64,000 nucleotides of DNA from a virus (IMGVR_UViG_3300021425_003021:41491-105490), one strand, 5' to 3'. Positions 49,753 through 59,060 are shown, counted from the stretch's first letter. Numbers and translations are program-made. The notes: generated by a model from the sequence alone, not told the origin.

Positions 49753-50503
49753 TGTACACTCCTGCAAGACATATTCTTGCTGTTTCTCCATCACGCATAA
49801 ATTTTGCGTATTCTTTGTCTTTAGTTGTAGCAAGCCAAACACTGTCACTTGGCACAAAGTTCAATTGCTCACAAAATGTTTTTTGTTTATTATATAACTT
49901 ATTATGAACATAGTCAATATCAAAATTACTTATTACAGTTTCTGCTATGTTATGTGCATAGTAGTTATAATATTTTGCACTATGCGTTAATGATTCTAAA
50001 CGTTCGTCTGGAGATTTTGTAAATATCCAACCTGTGCGGACATTGCGTAAACCGAACGCTTTTGACAAACTAAAGAAAGCATACTCAACATTACCAAAAT
50101 TGTGTATATATTGTATCTTAGTGCTTCCAACATATGCTAAATCTAGTGCCACAGGATCTAAAATTGGCAATTCTCTAAAATTTCCGTTAATTGCACTAGG
50201 GATGCTCACATATACTATCTTGCCACATCGATCGGTTGGTTTAATCCACTGATAATCACCTACATCCATATAGACGCTTCTATACTCATTGTTGTACCAC
50301 CAGTTTAAACCCTCTGTACATCCATTCATAGGATATACATTATATCCTTCTAAATTAATAATAGGACGTAGCCATTTAATTATATCTGTTTTGTAAGGGG
50401 TAATACTGTGCAAATCTAGATCAACTGAACGCACAACTTTTTCTACTTCTGGTAGTACTGGAGTTCTAATTGCTAAACTTTGTTTAAGTAAAAAATCTTT
50501 CAA
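49739..50503 (-). CDS. PLP-dependent enzyme (paralog of 45952..46788)
   Basis: NG.TEGL, SIP, ALDLAY, FSLSKAFG...RTG. AGGAG SD. Confidence 0.65.
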   Translation of the reverse strand: MKDFLLKQSLAIRTPVLPEVEKVVRSVDLDLHSITPYKTDIIKWLRPIINLEGYNVYPMNGCTEGLNWWYNNEYRSVYMDVGDYQWIKPTDRCGKIVYVSIPSAINGNFRELPILDPVALDLAYVGSTKIQYIHNFGNVEYAFFSLSKAFGLRNVRTGWIFTKSPDERLESLTHSAKYYNYYAHNIAETVISNFDIDYVHNKLYNKQKTFCEQLNFVPSDSVWLATTKDKEYAKFMRDGETARICLAGVYNEET

Positions 50504-51101
50504 TAACTACTCCTGCTATATCATACTTGTGTAATTTATATGATTGTGGTTGTTGATGATGCTTTAAGTGCCATCCTTCTCCTGGTGCAATTAAATTTAA
50601 CAACGGAACATTTTGTGGTTCGCCGTCTTTGTGTGCAAAATAATTTAACATTCCGAAGCCTGTCCAAGACAAAACAAATGGAACAAAAACAATTACAAAA
50701 AATAATTTAATGTCTATAATAATTGTTACAAGTGCAATCAATAGATGTAGATACTTGCCATTTTTATGGAACCATACTATTCTTGGATTTTTTAACAAAT
50801 TAGAAATATACTTGCGAGGTATATAATCCACTGTCCAATTACTCGTTAAAACTTTCCAAGCACCTTGATACTTAGGACTATGAGGATCTAACAAAGTATC
50901 TGATTTTGCGTGATGCATACGGTGAACAGCAGCCCAGGTTAATGCACTACGACCACCGCAGATAAGTCCTAACAATAACATAATTACTTCTACAATACTA
51001 TTGGTTTTAAAAGTGTTGTGTGTAAAATATCTATGATAACCAATACTTATGCCTATTAAAGCCGCAAAGAAATACCATAGATATCCGTATATAAAAATCA
51101 T
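50484..51101 (-). CDS. membrane fatty-acid desaturase (delta-9-like)
   Basis: Three His boxes HRYFTH, HRMHH and HLKHH, plus DPHSP, GEGWH and transmembrane segments. Confidence 0.85.
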   Translation of the reverse strand: MIFIYGYLWYFFAALIGISIGYHRYFTHNTFKTNSIVEVIMLLLGLICGGRSALTWAAVHRMHHAKSDTLLDPHSPKYQGAWKVLTSNWTVDYIPRKYISNLLKNPRIVWFHKNGKYLHLLIALVTIIIDIKLFFVIVFVPFVLSWTGFGMLNYFAHKDGEPQNVPLLNLIAPGEGWHLKHHQQPQSYKLHKYDIAGVVIERFFT

Positions 51102-51106
51102 AACAA

Positions 51107-51135
51107 ATTATAACACTACTTTAATTATAAGTCAA
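51107..51135 (-). promoter_or_regulatory. sigma70-type promoter TTGACT-N17-(TGn)TATAAT (leaderless geometry)
   Basis: -10 box at 51112-51107. ATG 51101 is 5 nt downstream and has no SD. Confidence 0.75.
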
Positions 51136-53070
51136 CTATATACCAAAGTTTCCAGATATGTTACTAGTCCAAGGTTTACTATCATCCCAAAGTGGACTGT
51201 AGAAATATCTGTTAGGGCCGCCCCATATACTGTCTTGGTTATCCCAAGTTATATCTGATGAAACAGTTATAGTGCCAACCATGCCTGCGTGATTACTGCA
51301 TTGATAATAATATGTGCCAGGTAAAGTTGGAGTCCATTGTACTCCATTGCCACCGTATGATCCTTGTCCTATTGCAGCTGGAGTTGTAACCTGATTGCCT
51401 GTGCCAGTACCTGCTGTATCTTTGATGTATAATGGGTGTGATACGTCAGCATTATTAATAATTGACAAAGTGTCACCTACTTTTACAGCTATTGAGTCGT
51501 TTGCTCCTGCTACTGATCCATTTCTGTCATTACCACTTGTAGTCCATTCAGATGTACCATTGTTAATAACGCTAACATTGTATGCTTCTGCTGTAGTAGC
51601 ATCGTCGTTAATCTTTTCGTCTTGGGCGTTTGCTTCCATATATGATTTTACTTGTGCAGGAGTCATTCCTGGATTTGCTTCTAATACACAAGCAATCATA
51701 CCTGCTATTTGCGGAGACGCCATACTTGTACCGGATATTTTCATTAATTTATAATTACTGTCTAGTGGAGAATCTGGTCCGCCGTAAGTATTGTATAAAG
51801 AACTAGTACCATTGTTATCTGTGCTTCCTACACTGATAATTTCTGTACCTGGAGCATATATGTTAACACCTGGTCCTGCACAACTGCTTTCAGCTTTTTG
51901 CTCTAAATTATTGGTATATGTAAAATCAATATTACCTACCATAAAGGCGTTCTCGCTATAAGGACTACTGCCTCGGAATATATATTCTTGTCCGCTACCA
52001 AAATTACAAGTGTCATTGTAATGGTCACCTGTACTACTATCGATATAATAATAACTATTGCCTGCTGCGATACAAAAAATAATTCCTTCATCTAGGCATT
52101 CTTGTAAATCTGCATCAACGCTTGCCACTCTAACATTTATACGTCTAGATAATCCTAAGACAGGAACCACTCCTACATTTGCCCAAGCATTATTACTACT
52201 GCTGCCATAATCTGCCCACGTCCAACTGTTTCCTAAAAACACACCACCAACTGGGGTTCCTCTACTACCACTGTAACCCCAACTGGCATTAACAACTGTT
52301 GGTCTTTTAACACCAGTTTTAGGATCTATTGGTTTGTTACGATGCCATAATTTGATTACATCAAAACAATCATTTATACTTATTCCTGTACCACTATCGC
52401 CACTGCCTTCTAATCCGTTAACCTTTACACTGTAAATTTGTGCATCTCTTGCCCATCCTTGTGTACGGCCTGCAACAGTGCCTGCACAGTGACTGCCATG
52501 GCTGTCGTAATCTCTATAGTGATTCACGCTCTGTGTTCCTGATAAACCGCTTGCTGCATACCAGTCTATTTGGTTAACTCTGCTTACACCTGCGCTATCT
52601 GTAAATTCAGGATGGTCAACTTGTATACCACTGTCTTGAATTACAACATCAACACCTTTACCTGTAAGTGTGTAATTGAAATCTTTTGTTATTGTAGCTA
52701 CTCCAGATCCGTAAGGATCGTTCTTTGAAACTCCTCTAACAAGCCCCCAGTTTAAATCTTCTGATAGTCCACTTGACGTGCTTTTCCTCCAAGCTGAACT
52801 TGTTTGAATTGCATTAAAACCTATTTCAATATCGTCTCTATCCTGTGGTGGAATTTGTACATCATCGACTCTACTGTCATTTCTTAATGCTGTTGCTTCA
52901 GCTTCTGTTAACGCATAGTGTGTATTTCTTTTTGAACCAGGTCTAGCATTTGCTATATCTACACTTCTACCTGGTATATCGCCTGCACCTGTTGATGCAA
53001 TCATTTCTGCATTAAAAGCATCATAATCAACACCTGCTTTAAGTGTTACAATATACTCTATCTCGCTCAT
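51136..53070 (-). CDS. subtilisin-like S8 serine protease with cupredoxin-like domain
   Basis: VVIQDSG, HGSHCAGT, AAGN, SGTSMASP. Late SHPL...YYYQCSNHAGM. Confidence 0.85.
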   Translation of the reverse strand: MSEIEYIVTLKAGVDYDAFNAEMIASTGAGDIPGRSVDIANARPGSKRNTHYALTEAEATALRNDSRVDDVQIPPQDRDDIEIGFNAIQTSSAWRKSTSSGLSEDLNWGLVRGVSKNDPYGSGVATITKDFNYTLTGKGVDVVIQDSGIQVDHPEFTDSAGVSRVNQIDWYAASGLSGTQSVNHYRDYDSHGSHCAGTVAGRTQGWARDAQIYSVKVNGLEGSGDSGTGISINDCFDVIKLWHRNKPIDPKTGVKRPTVVNASWGYSGSRGTPVGGVFLGNSWTWADYGSSSNNAWANVGVVPVLGLSRRINVRVASVDADLQECLDEGIIFCIAAGNSYYYIDSSTGDHYNDTCNFGSGQEYIFRGSSPYSENAFMVGNIDFTYTNNLEQKAESSCAGPGVNIYAPGTEIISVGSTDNNGTSSLYNTYGGPDSPLDSNYKLMKISGTSMASPQIAGMIACVLEANPGMTPAQVKSYMEANAQDEKINDDATTAEAYNVSVINNGTSEWTTSGNDRNGSVAGANDSIAVKVGDTLSIINNADVSHPLYIKDTAGTGTGNQVTTPAAIGQGSYGGNGVQWTPTLPGTYYYQCSNHAGMVGTITVSSDITWDNQDSIWGGPNRYFYSPLWDDSKPWTSNISGNFGI

Positions 53071-53079
53071 GGAGTCTCC

Positions 53080-54993
53080 TTAGTGTAAGTCTACCCAAGC
53101 ACCGTTAGCATATCCTTGGAATTTGTTTGTCGTTGTGTTATAAATCATGTCACCGTTTTGTGATGCAAGTAGATCACGTTCTGTAGTTGTAAATGATGCA
53201 AATCTCACTGGTGATTGTGTTATTACAACTGCATTACCTGCAGTAAGATTCAAATTACTTGCAGCAGTAATTTCAGGAGTACCTGTGCTTGTACTTTCAA
53301 AACTGTCCGCAACAACCTTATTTGTAACATACAAATTGTTTTCTACTGTAGCATCGCTTTGTAAAGTTACCGCAGGAGTTATTGTGATACCACTACTATC
53401 GCTTGTGTCTATAATTGAACCTGAATATGTAATATTACCCAAGTCTGCAGGTTGAACTGCACTATCTGCTAAAGCACCTTGAGCACTAGTAGCTGCATCA
53501 GTAATTCCATAACCTGCTAAAGTTGTTGGGGTACCTGCTAACACACTCCATTGTATACTGCCGTCTGTACCGTCAATAATTACTGTGCTATCGTCTGCAT
53601 AAACACTACCTTTTAGATCACCTGTTACATTACCTACAAATGTATCACCTGGCTGTACAGCAGTATCTGCTAAAGCACCTTGAGCACTAGTAGCTGCATC
53701 AGTAATTCCATAACCTGCTAGTGTAGTAGGTTTACTTGTAAGTGCAGCAAATGTACCATCAAAGTCTGCAACAATTGTAATGTCGCCTTCAGCATTTGAG
53801 CTGGTGCTAATACCTGTTCCGCCTAAAATTAGGAAACTTTCTCCGCTGTTTATAAGTCTAACAGCACTATCATCTGCACCGACACCAATATTTCCAATGC
53901 CACCGCTGCCACCTGATCCTGCAACATCTACATCGTTTACCCATTCGCTACCGTTGTATTTTAATACCTGACCTGCTTGTGGATTAGTTGTGATTACGTT
54001 GCCTAAATCGGTAATATCGTTAGGAGCAAGATTTAGTTTACCTGCAACTCCGTCAACTAGTATTGTAGAATCGTCTGCTGCAAATGTACCTTTAAATGCA
54101 GTAGCCTGTACTTCTCCAGCAAATAGCCCGTCGCCTTTTACATCCAATGTTGCTGCTGGGGTGTATGTACCAATACCAAAACGTCCAGTGTTGGTGTGAA
54201 CTAGATATTCTGCCTCTATATCAAACTGGCCGTTTGTGCTTGTACAAATTAAAGTTTTGTCGGTACCAAATGCAAGACTATTATGATAGTATTCTCCATT
54301 TATGTCATCACGTCCGCCAAAAATAGCCGATTCGTAATATGTAGAGCTAATATCAGTTGTTGCTGTTTTTTCTAAAAACAATTTGGAAACATCGTTATTT
54401 CCTTTGATTTTCATACTGAATACACTATTAGGATTTGTACTTTTTATGTCAAAGCTTTCTGCCACACTGAATACTGTATTAGTTGAATTAGTAATATTTC
54501 CAACATTATCTAAAGATAATGTGCCAACTGTTGCTGATTCTGCATTGACAGTGTTATTCACACCGTCTACAATCACTGCACTGTTGTCGCCAAACACACT
54601 ACCAGTCAAATCACCGTCAAAATTACCATTAAACAATGTTGCAGCCATTGTAGTTGCATTGACATAACCGCCTGCGTCAATATTTAAATTTACATCAATA
54701 CTTCCTGTTGCATTAATATTGCCTGTAGTATCAATATCGCCTGTTCCAGTAATATCGTAGCTGTTTAAATCTAAATTACCGCCTAATTGAGGAGTCGTAT
54801 CGTTAACAATATCGGTGATGCCACCCCCGCCACCTGCACTAGATATTTCATTACCACCTACAGTAGATCCGTCACCAATCCATACCGGAGAAACCCCAGC
54901 ACTATCATAGTCTGTAACGTAAATTAATTCACCTAATTCTGGGGTGTAAGACAACCTTTCGGTATTGGTGCCTCTTTTTATTCTCAAAGCCAT
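53080..54993 (-). CDS. tail-fibre-like virion protein
   Basis: MALRIKRGT...GELIY head, DTTPQLGGNLDLN, PTTLAGYGITDA repeats, GQVLKYNGSEWVN, and C-terminal MIYNTTTNKFQGY..GAWVDLH. Confidence 0.75.
   Translation of the reverse strand: MALRIKRGTNTERLSYTPELGELIYVTDYDSAGVSPVWIGDGSTVGGNEISSAGGGGGITDIVNDTTPQLGGNLDLNSYDITGTGDIDTTGNINATGSIDVNLNIDAGGYVNATTMAATLFNGNFDGDLTGSVFGDNSAVIVDGVNNTVNAESATVGTLSLDNVGNITNSTNTVFSVAESFDIKSTNPNSVFSMKIKGNNDVSKLFLEKTATTDISSTYYESAIFGGRDDINGEYYHNSLAFGTDKTLICTSTNGQFDIEAEYLVHTNTGRFGIGTYTPAATLDVKGDGLFAGEVQATAFKGTFAADDSTILVDGVAGKLNLAPNDITDLGNVITTNPQAGQVLKYNGSEWVNDVDVAGSGGSGGIGNIGVGADDSAVRLINSGESFLILGGTGISTSSNAEGDITIVADFDGTFAALTSKPTTLAGYGITDAATSAQGALADTAVQPGDTFVGNVTGDLKGSVYADDSTVIIDGTDGSIQWSVLAGTPTTLAGYGITDAATSAQGALADSAVQPADLGNITYSGSIIDTSDSSGITITPAVTLQSDATVENNLYVTNKVVADSFESTSTGTPEITAASNLNLTAGNAVVITQSPVRFASFTTTERDLLASQNGDMIYNTTTNKFQGYANGAWVDLH
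53463..53720. repeat. 57-bp perfect direct repeat (53463-53519 and 53664-53720) inside the fibre gene
   Basis: TATCTGCTAAAGCACCTTGAGCACTAGTAGCTGCATCAGTAATTCCATAACCTGCTA occurs twice, 201 bp apart (in frame). Confidence 0.85.
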
Positions 54994-55021
54994 ATGAAAC
55001 TCCTACAGTAATACTTTAATG

Positions 55022-55028
55022 TATTTAT
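55022..55028 (-). promoter_or_regulatory. T4-late-like promoter motif ATAAATA
   Basis: Upstream of a GGAG SD and ATG 54993. Confidence 0.55.
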
Positions 55029-55051
55029 CACCGATAGGATATTATCTACTT

Positions 55052-55348
55052 TTACTTGTTCAGCTTTAAAAATCTCTTTGTTCGTTTTGTTATATCTTTT
55101 TTGAGGCGATCTACATCTAATCTAAAATCTACAGTATCAATTTTATCATTATACTCTTCTAAAAAAGCAGAAATAATGTCGGCTGGGTCTTCGGTGGTCT
55201 TTTTATTGTGAACATCGACTTCCCAAATTTTACCATCTAAAAAAGTGACTACAACAACACTTACATATTCAATTGGAAGATAGTCGTAGTCAACTTCGTC
55301 TAGTATTTCGTCCCAATTTGTTTCATCTAAATCGGTATGTTTAGGCAC
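55052..55348 (-). CDS. hypothetical protein
   Basis: 98 aa acidic ORF, GTG start, overlaps the upstream gene. Confidence 0.55.
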   Translation of the reverse strand: MPKHTDLDETNWDEILDEVDYDYLPIEYVSVVVVTFLDGKIWEVDVHNKKTTEDPADIISAFLEEYNDKIDTVDFRLDVDRLKKDITKRTKRFLKLNK

Positions 55349-55961
55349 TTTCAGTTTTCTTTGTTGTTTTTCTTTTTGTTGGAACTAATTCTTCTGCTTG
55401 TTCTCTTAGTGCTTTTGCTTCTTTAAACAGTGCATCAGCTTGTGATCTATATTGTGCAGCTAATTGCTCGTTTGTAAGCACTTCTGACGATTCTTCTGTA
55501 GCAGGAGTATTATTTTCTGCATATACACTAGCTGGATCAACTGACTCAGTATCTGCTTGAACTGTTTCACCGTCTGGTCCTTTAATTGCAAGATCTGCAA
55601 CAGTAACGCCTTGTTGTTCTGCAATTAGATTGTTTAGTTCATCTAAACTAATCGAATCATTTCCTGTAGGAGTCATTTCTACCATATTTGTTGGAACTTT
55701 TCTAATTTTTCCAGTGGTATGAAATCCTGCTAACATATTTCTTCCGTCAGGAAGATAGGCTCTTGCCATGGCTTCACCGAACTCAACTGCATCTTGTCCA
55801 GCAGCTGATTCAACGGTTCTAATTAATGAATCGTGTTCATCGGCATTTAAATTTTCAGTCTGTACAATTAAACATTGATCAGGTTCGCCTGGTACTACTC
55901 TGTAAGCAACAACAACTTTGCGCTTATTTGATTTGATTCTTCCAACGTGTTTAAGTGCCAT
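55341..55961 (-). CDS. hypothetical protein
   Basis: Start set at ATG 55961 (MALKHVGRIK) after a GGAG SD. Coiled-coil-like C-terminus. Confidence 0.65.
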   Translation of the reverse strand: MALKHVGRIKSNKRKVVVAYRVVPGEPDQCLIVQTENLNADEHDSLIRTVESAAGQDAVEFGEAMARAYLPDGRNMLAGFHTTGKIRKVPTNMVEMTPTGNDSISLDELNNLIAEQQGVTVADLAIKGPDGETVQADTESVDPASVYAENNTPATEESSEVLTNEQLAAQYRSQADALFKEAKALREQAEELVPTKRKTTKKTESA

Positions 55962-56202
55962 TAGTGGTCTCCGTTTCTGGTTCAGCAGCAGCTTGTGCAG
56001 ATTCTTGTGCTTCCTTGGCTTGTTTAGCTTGTTCTTCAACCTGTTTTAGGAAGCCATCTAATTTGTTATAAAGAGCACCGACATTTGCAAGCTCATTTGC
56101 TTTAAATGTTCCACGCTCTGTAGCAAGTTCAATTACAGCTCTTGCCAAAGCTAGATCTTGAATGTTTAGTTCATTTGGATCTGGTTGTGTTTGTTCAGTC
56201 AT
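55951..56202 (-). CDS. hypothetical protein
   Basis: 83 aa with an AAGGAG SD. Confidence 0.6.
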   Translation of the reverse strand: MTEQTQPDPNELNIQDLALARAVIELATERGTFKANELANVGALYNKLDGFLKQVEEQAKQAKEAQESAQAAAEPETETTNGT

Positions 56203-56242
56203 TACTCTTTTTACTCCTTGTATAATATATATATTTTCGTGA

Positions 56243-56518
56243 CTATCTTGTGTATTTCAAATGTGGACAAGCTAACATAAAGAAACTCATTTCTTTTGTA
56301 TGTTCAAAACCCACTGTGGTTACACCTTTGATGCTATCGTCTTTTATACAGACATTATCGCCTATAAAATATCTGCCAGACAAGTTATCTTCAATCCAGT
56401 CAGACAAAACTGCTTCGATATTATAAGTTTTATCCAAGTCTACAGTTTCAAAGTTAGGAGGACAGAAATTTACTTTTCTTATTCCTAATACATCTAATGG
56501 ATTAATTTTTACTTTCAC
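56243..56518 (-). CDS. hypothetical protein
   Basis: 91 aa, GTGA overlap with the upstream gene, GGAGG SD. Confidence 0.6.
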   Translation of the reverse strand: MKVKINPLDVLGIRKVNFCPPNFETVDLDKTYNIEAVLSDWIEDNLSGRYFIGDNVCIKDDSIKGVTTVGFEHTKEMSFFMLACPHLKYTR

Positions 56519-57828
56519 GCAGCCTCCTCATAATGTGCTGTCATTCCAAACGGCGCTTCTAATGCTTTATCGTGATGACTATGAATAACAAATAATGTAT
56601 CACAATAGTCTGGATCACCCCAACTATCCCAAGCATACCCGTCTGTAAACATTAGAAACTTTTTAGGCTGAATATCTTGATCTTTCATATATGTCCAGTT
56701 TACCATAAAGTCGGTACCACCGCCGCCCATTACTTCATACTCGTTTATATCATCGCCGGTATCTGCAGAAAATTCTTGTTCATTGTAAACTTTTGTATCA
56801 AAACACCATACAGTAATCTTGTAGTCTTTGTATTCGTCCATGATACCTTTAACTTCACTTAGGAAATCTTTTGCTTGAGCATCACCAATAGAACCACTCA
56901 TATCAATGGCAACACACAAGTCGATTGTTTCTTCGAAATTCATACCAGGCAAAATAGCACCAGTATGCCATCCTTTACGTGAAGGCCGAATAAATGTGTA
57001 ATCGCTTTTGATAGAACTTTGAATTTGTTGACGTAACAATTGACGCCAGTTCATTTTAGGTTCTGTTAATTCTTTAATTAATCTTTGAATTTCGCCTGGA
57101 GTATTTCCAGCACCAGCACTTTGTGCTGCTGCCATCATTGCTTCTTTTATTTCATCTTTGATACGCTGTTTTTCAGATTCGGACATTGCCTGTGATTCAC
57201 TTTTAGTATCACCTTCTGAATCATTGTTGCTTCCAGGACCTTCGCCCCATTCAAAATGCTCGTCTAGCATTTCTCCTAATTGATCAATATCAATCTTTTC
57301 TGCATTCTCAAATAGTTCATCATACACTTCTTCGCTGGTCCATCCATCGTATTTAAAGTCTTGGAAACATTCGACTAGTTTTGGTTTTGTGCCAATACGG
57401 TCTCTAACCAACATATTATTTACAATGTAATCACAAGCTACGTTGTATAGATAAGGATTTCTGTCTTCGCGGCGTGTTAAATGGTCAAATACCATATGCA
57501 AAATTTCGTGTGCAATAACAAACTCAATTTCTTTATTGTCCATTGCATTAAAGAATTGAGTATTAAAATATAGGTTACGTCCGTCAACTGCTGCTGTAGG
57601 AATAAATTCATCTGCTGCTGTAATACGCAAACGAGTTGCCATATTACCAAAAAACGGATGACGTAGTAGTAAACCTACTCGTGCAGTAATAATCCGATCC
57701 AACACTTCTTTTTGCATCACTTCTAATTGTTCTGGAGTGATATTTGGATCCGGTTCCCAGTTTTTTAATTTACTTGCTGTTTTGTCTGATGACATTTGCA
57801 TTGCTACATTGTAAGTAAAATTAGACAT
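56515..57828 (-). CDS. HEXXH metallopeptidase-like plus VWA domain protein (DUF2201-like)
   Basis: TAAVDG, AHEILH, MIDAS DMSGS, GGGGTDF, FTDG. A GAGGA SD favours ATG 57828. Confidence 0.8.
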   Translation of the reverse strand: MSNFTYNVAMQMSSDKTASKLKNWEPDPNITPEQLEVMQKEVLDRIITARVGLLLRHPFFGNMATRLRITAADEFIPTAAVDGRNLYFNTQFFNAMDNKEIEFVIAHEILHMVFDHLTRREDRNPYLYNVACDYIVNNMLVRDRIGTKPKLVECFQDFKYDGWTSEEVYDELFENAEKIDIDQLGEMLDEHFEWGEGPGSNNDSEGDTKSESQAMSESEKQRIKDEIKEAMMAAAQSAGAGNTPGEIQRLIKELTEPKMNWRQLLRQQIQSSIKSDYTFIRPSRKGWHTGAILPGMNFEETIDLCVAIDMSGSIGDAQAKDFLSEVKGIMDEYKDYKITVWCFDTKVYNEQEFSADTGDDINEYEVMGGGGTDFMVNWTYMKDQDIQPKKFLMFTDGYAWDSWGDPDYCDTLFVIHSHHDKALEAPFGMTAHYEEAA

Positions 57829-57858
57829 TGTATTCCTCATTGTTCAGTGCTCTATAGT

Positions 57859-57886
57859 AATATAACATATTTAATTTAAATGTCAA
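57859..57886 (-). promoter_or_regulatory. sigma70-type promoter TTGACA-N16-(TGn)TATATT
   Basis: Immediately downstream of the terminator hairpin and upstream of the VWA gene. Confidence 0.55.
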
Positions 57887-57892
57887 CCTCAG

Positions 57893-57927
57893 AATAGAAA
57901 GTGTGGACAGTACGAATACTGTCCACA
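57893..57927 (-). terminator. intrinsic terminator with UUCG tetraloop
   Basis: On the - strand TGTGGACAGTA-TTCG-TACTGTCCACA (11-bp stem) followed by CTTTCTATT, just after the MoxR stop. Confidence 0.7.
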
Positions 57928-57936
57928 TATGGCTCA

Positions 57937-59025
57937 TTAAACAGTTTGGGCAGCCTTGATATATTTGCCGTAACGGTCATGAAACTCGTCGAAGCAACTA
58001 ACTGCATCTGGATCAATTGGAAGATTGTATTGTGTAAGAGCAAGTTTAATACCCATTACAACAAGTTCAGTCTCAAAATTATCCATTGCAAACCGTAAAA
58101 AATTGTTAACTTTGTTATCAAATTTCTTATCATTTGCATCGCTTGCTTCTTTGAGCTCATAGCAAAGAGAAACAGTTAAGGAATACTTAGCACTGATTTC
58201 CTGTGTTTTAATCTCTTTAACTTTGCCTGCCAAGATATCACTTGGATTAGGCATATTTGCCGCTACTTTTCTATGAGCCATAAATTTTACAGCCAAACCT
58301 TCTCCTACTGCACCTGCAACTAGGTCTGTAGTAGTAGATTCATCTGTATCATCTTCATCTAGTAATTCACTTACAAAACTCCAGCTACGAGGAGTAGCAA
58401 ATGAGCGACTAGGAGATTTAGGATCAAAATCATAAAGATCCTGTTTAGCAAATTGCAAATATCCAACAACGTCTGTGTTTACTTTGTTAGATACAGCCCA
58501 TTCAAACCAGTCGTCAAAGTTGACTGCTAGTTCCAAATGAACAAAGCGATTTGCAAGCGGAGCAGGCATACGATATGTTACACCTTTATCTGCTTCGCGG
58601 TTACCTGCTGCAACGATAATAACGTTATCAGGTAATTTGTATTGTCCTACTCGACGATTTAAAATCAACTGGTATGCTGCCGCTTGTACTGCTGGCGCTG
58701 CGGAGTTCATTTCGTCAAAAAATACAACAATGTTATCGTATTGTGATGCTAGTTCTTCTGATGGAAGCTCACTCGGAGCACCCCAAACCATAGTGCCCGA
58801 ATTGCTATCAAAATAAGGAATACCTTTAATGTCTGTAGGTTCCCAAAGAGACAGTCGAATATCAATCAAATAACTGTTAGGTAGGCTATCTGTGATTTGC
58901 GAAATAATATCTGACTTGCCAATACCTGGAGGCCCCCATAAAAAGATAGGGCGTTTCTTTTGCATTGCACGAACAATACTTTTCTTTGCACGGTTCGGGC
59001 TTACAGTTCTTGTCATAGTATCCAT
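57937..59025 (-). CDS. MoxR-like AAA+ ATPase
   Basis: Walker A GPPGIGKS, Walker B FFDEMN, AAGN, PLANRF, TPRSW. Confidence 0.85.
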   Translation of the reverse strand: MDTMTRTVSPNRAKKSIVRAMQKKRPIFLWGPPGIGKSDIISQITDSLPNSYLIDIRLSLWEPTDIKGIPYFDSNSGTMVWGAPSELPSEELASQYDNIVVFFDEMNSAAPAVQAAAYQLILNRRVGQYKLPDNVIIVAAGNREADKGVTYRMPAPLANRFVHLELAVNFDDWFEWAVSNKVNTDVVGYLQFAKQDLYDFDPKSPSRSFATPRSWSFVSELLDEDDTDESTTTDLVAGAVGEGLAVKFMAHRKVAANMPNPSDILAGKVKEIKTQEISAKYSLTVSLCYELKEASDANDKKFDNKVNNFLRFAMDNFETELVVMGIKLALTQYNLPIDPDAVSCFDEFHDRYGKYIKAAQTV

Positions 59026-59060
59026 TTTAGTGATCCTTTCTAAATCAGTGCTTGTACTTT

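Noticed and set aside
8955-51101. Reading the island as a bacterial capsule/O-antigen locus or integrated genomic island
   Set aside because: No flippase, polymerase, export genes, integrase or att-like repeats were seen. Phage late-type motifs and a fibre gene are interspersed, and both flanks are phage genes.
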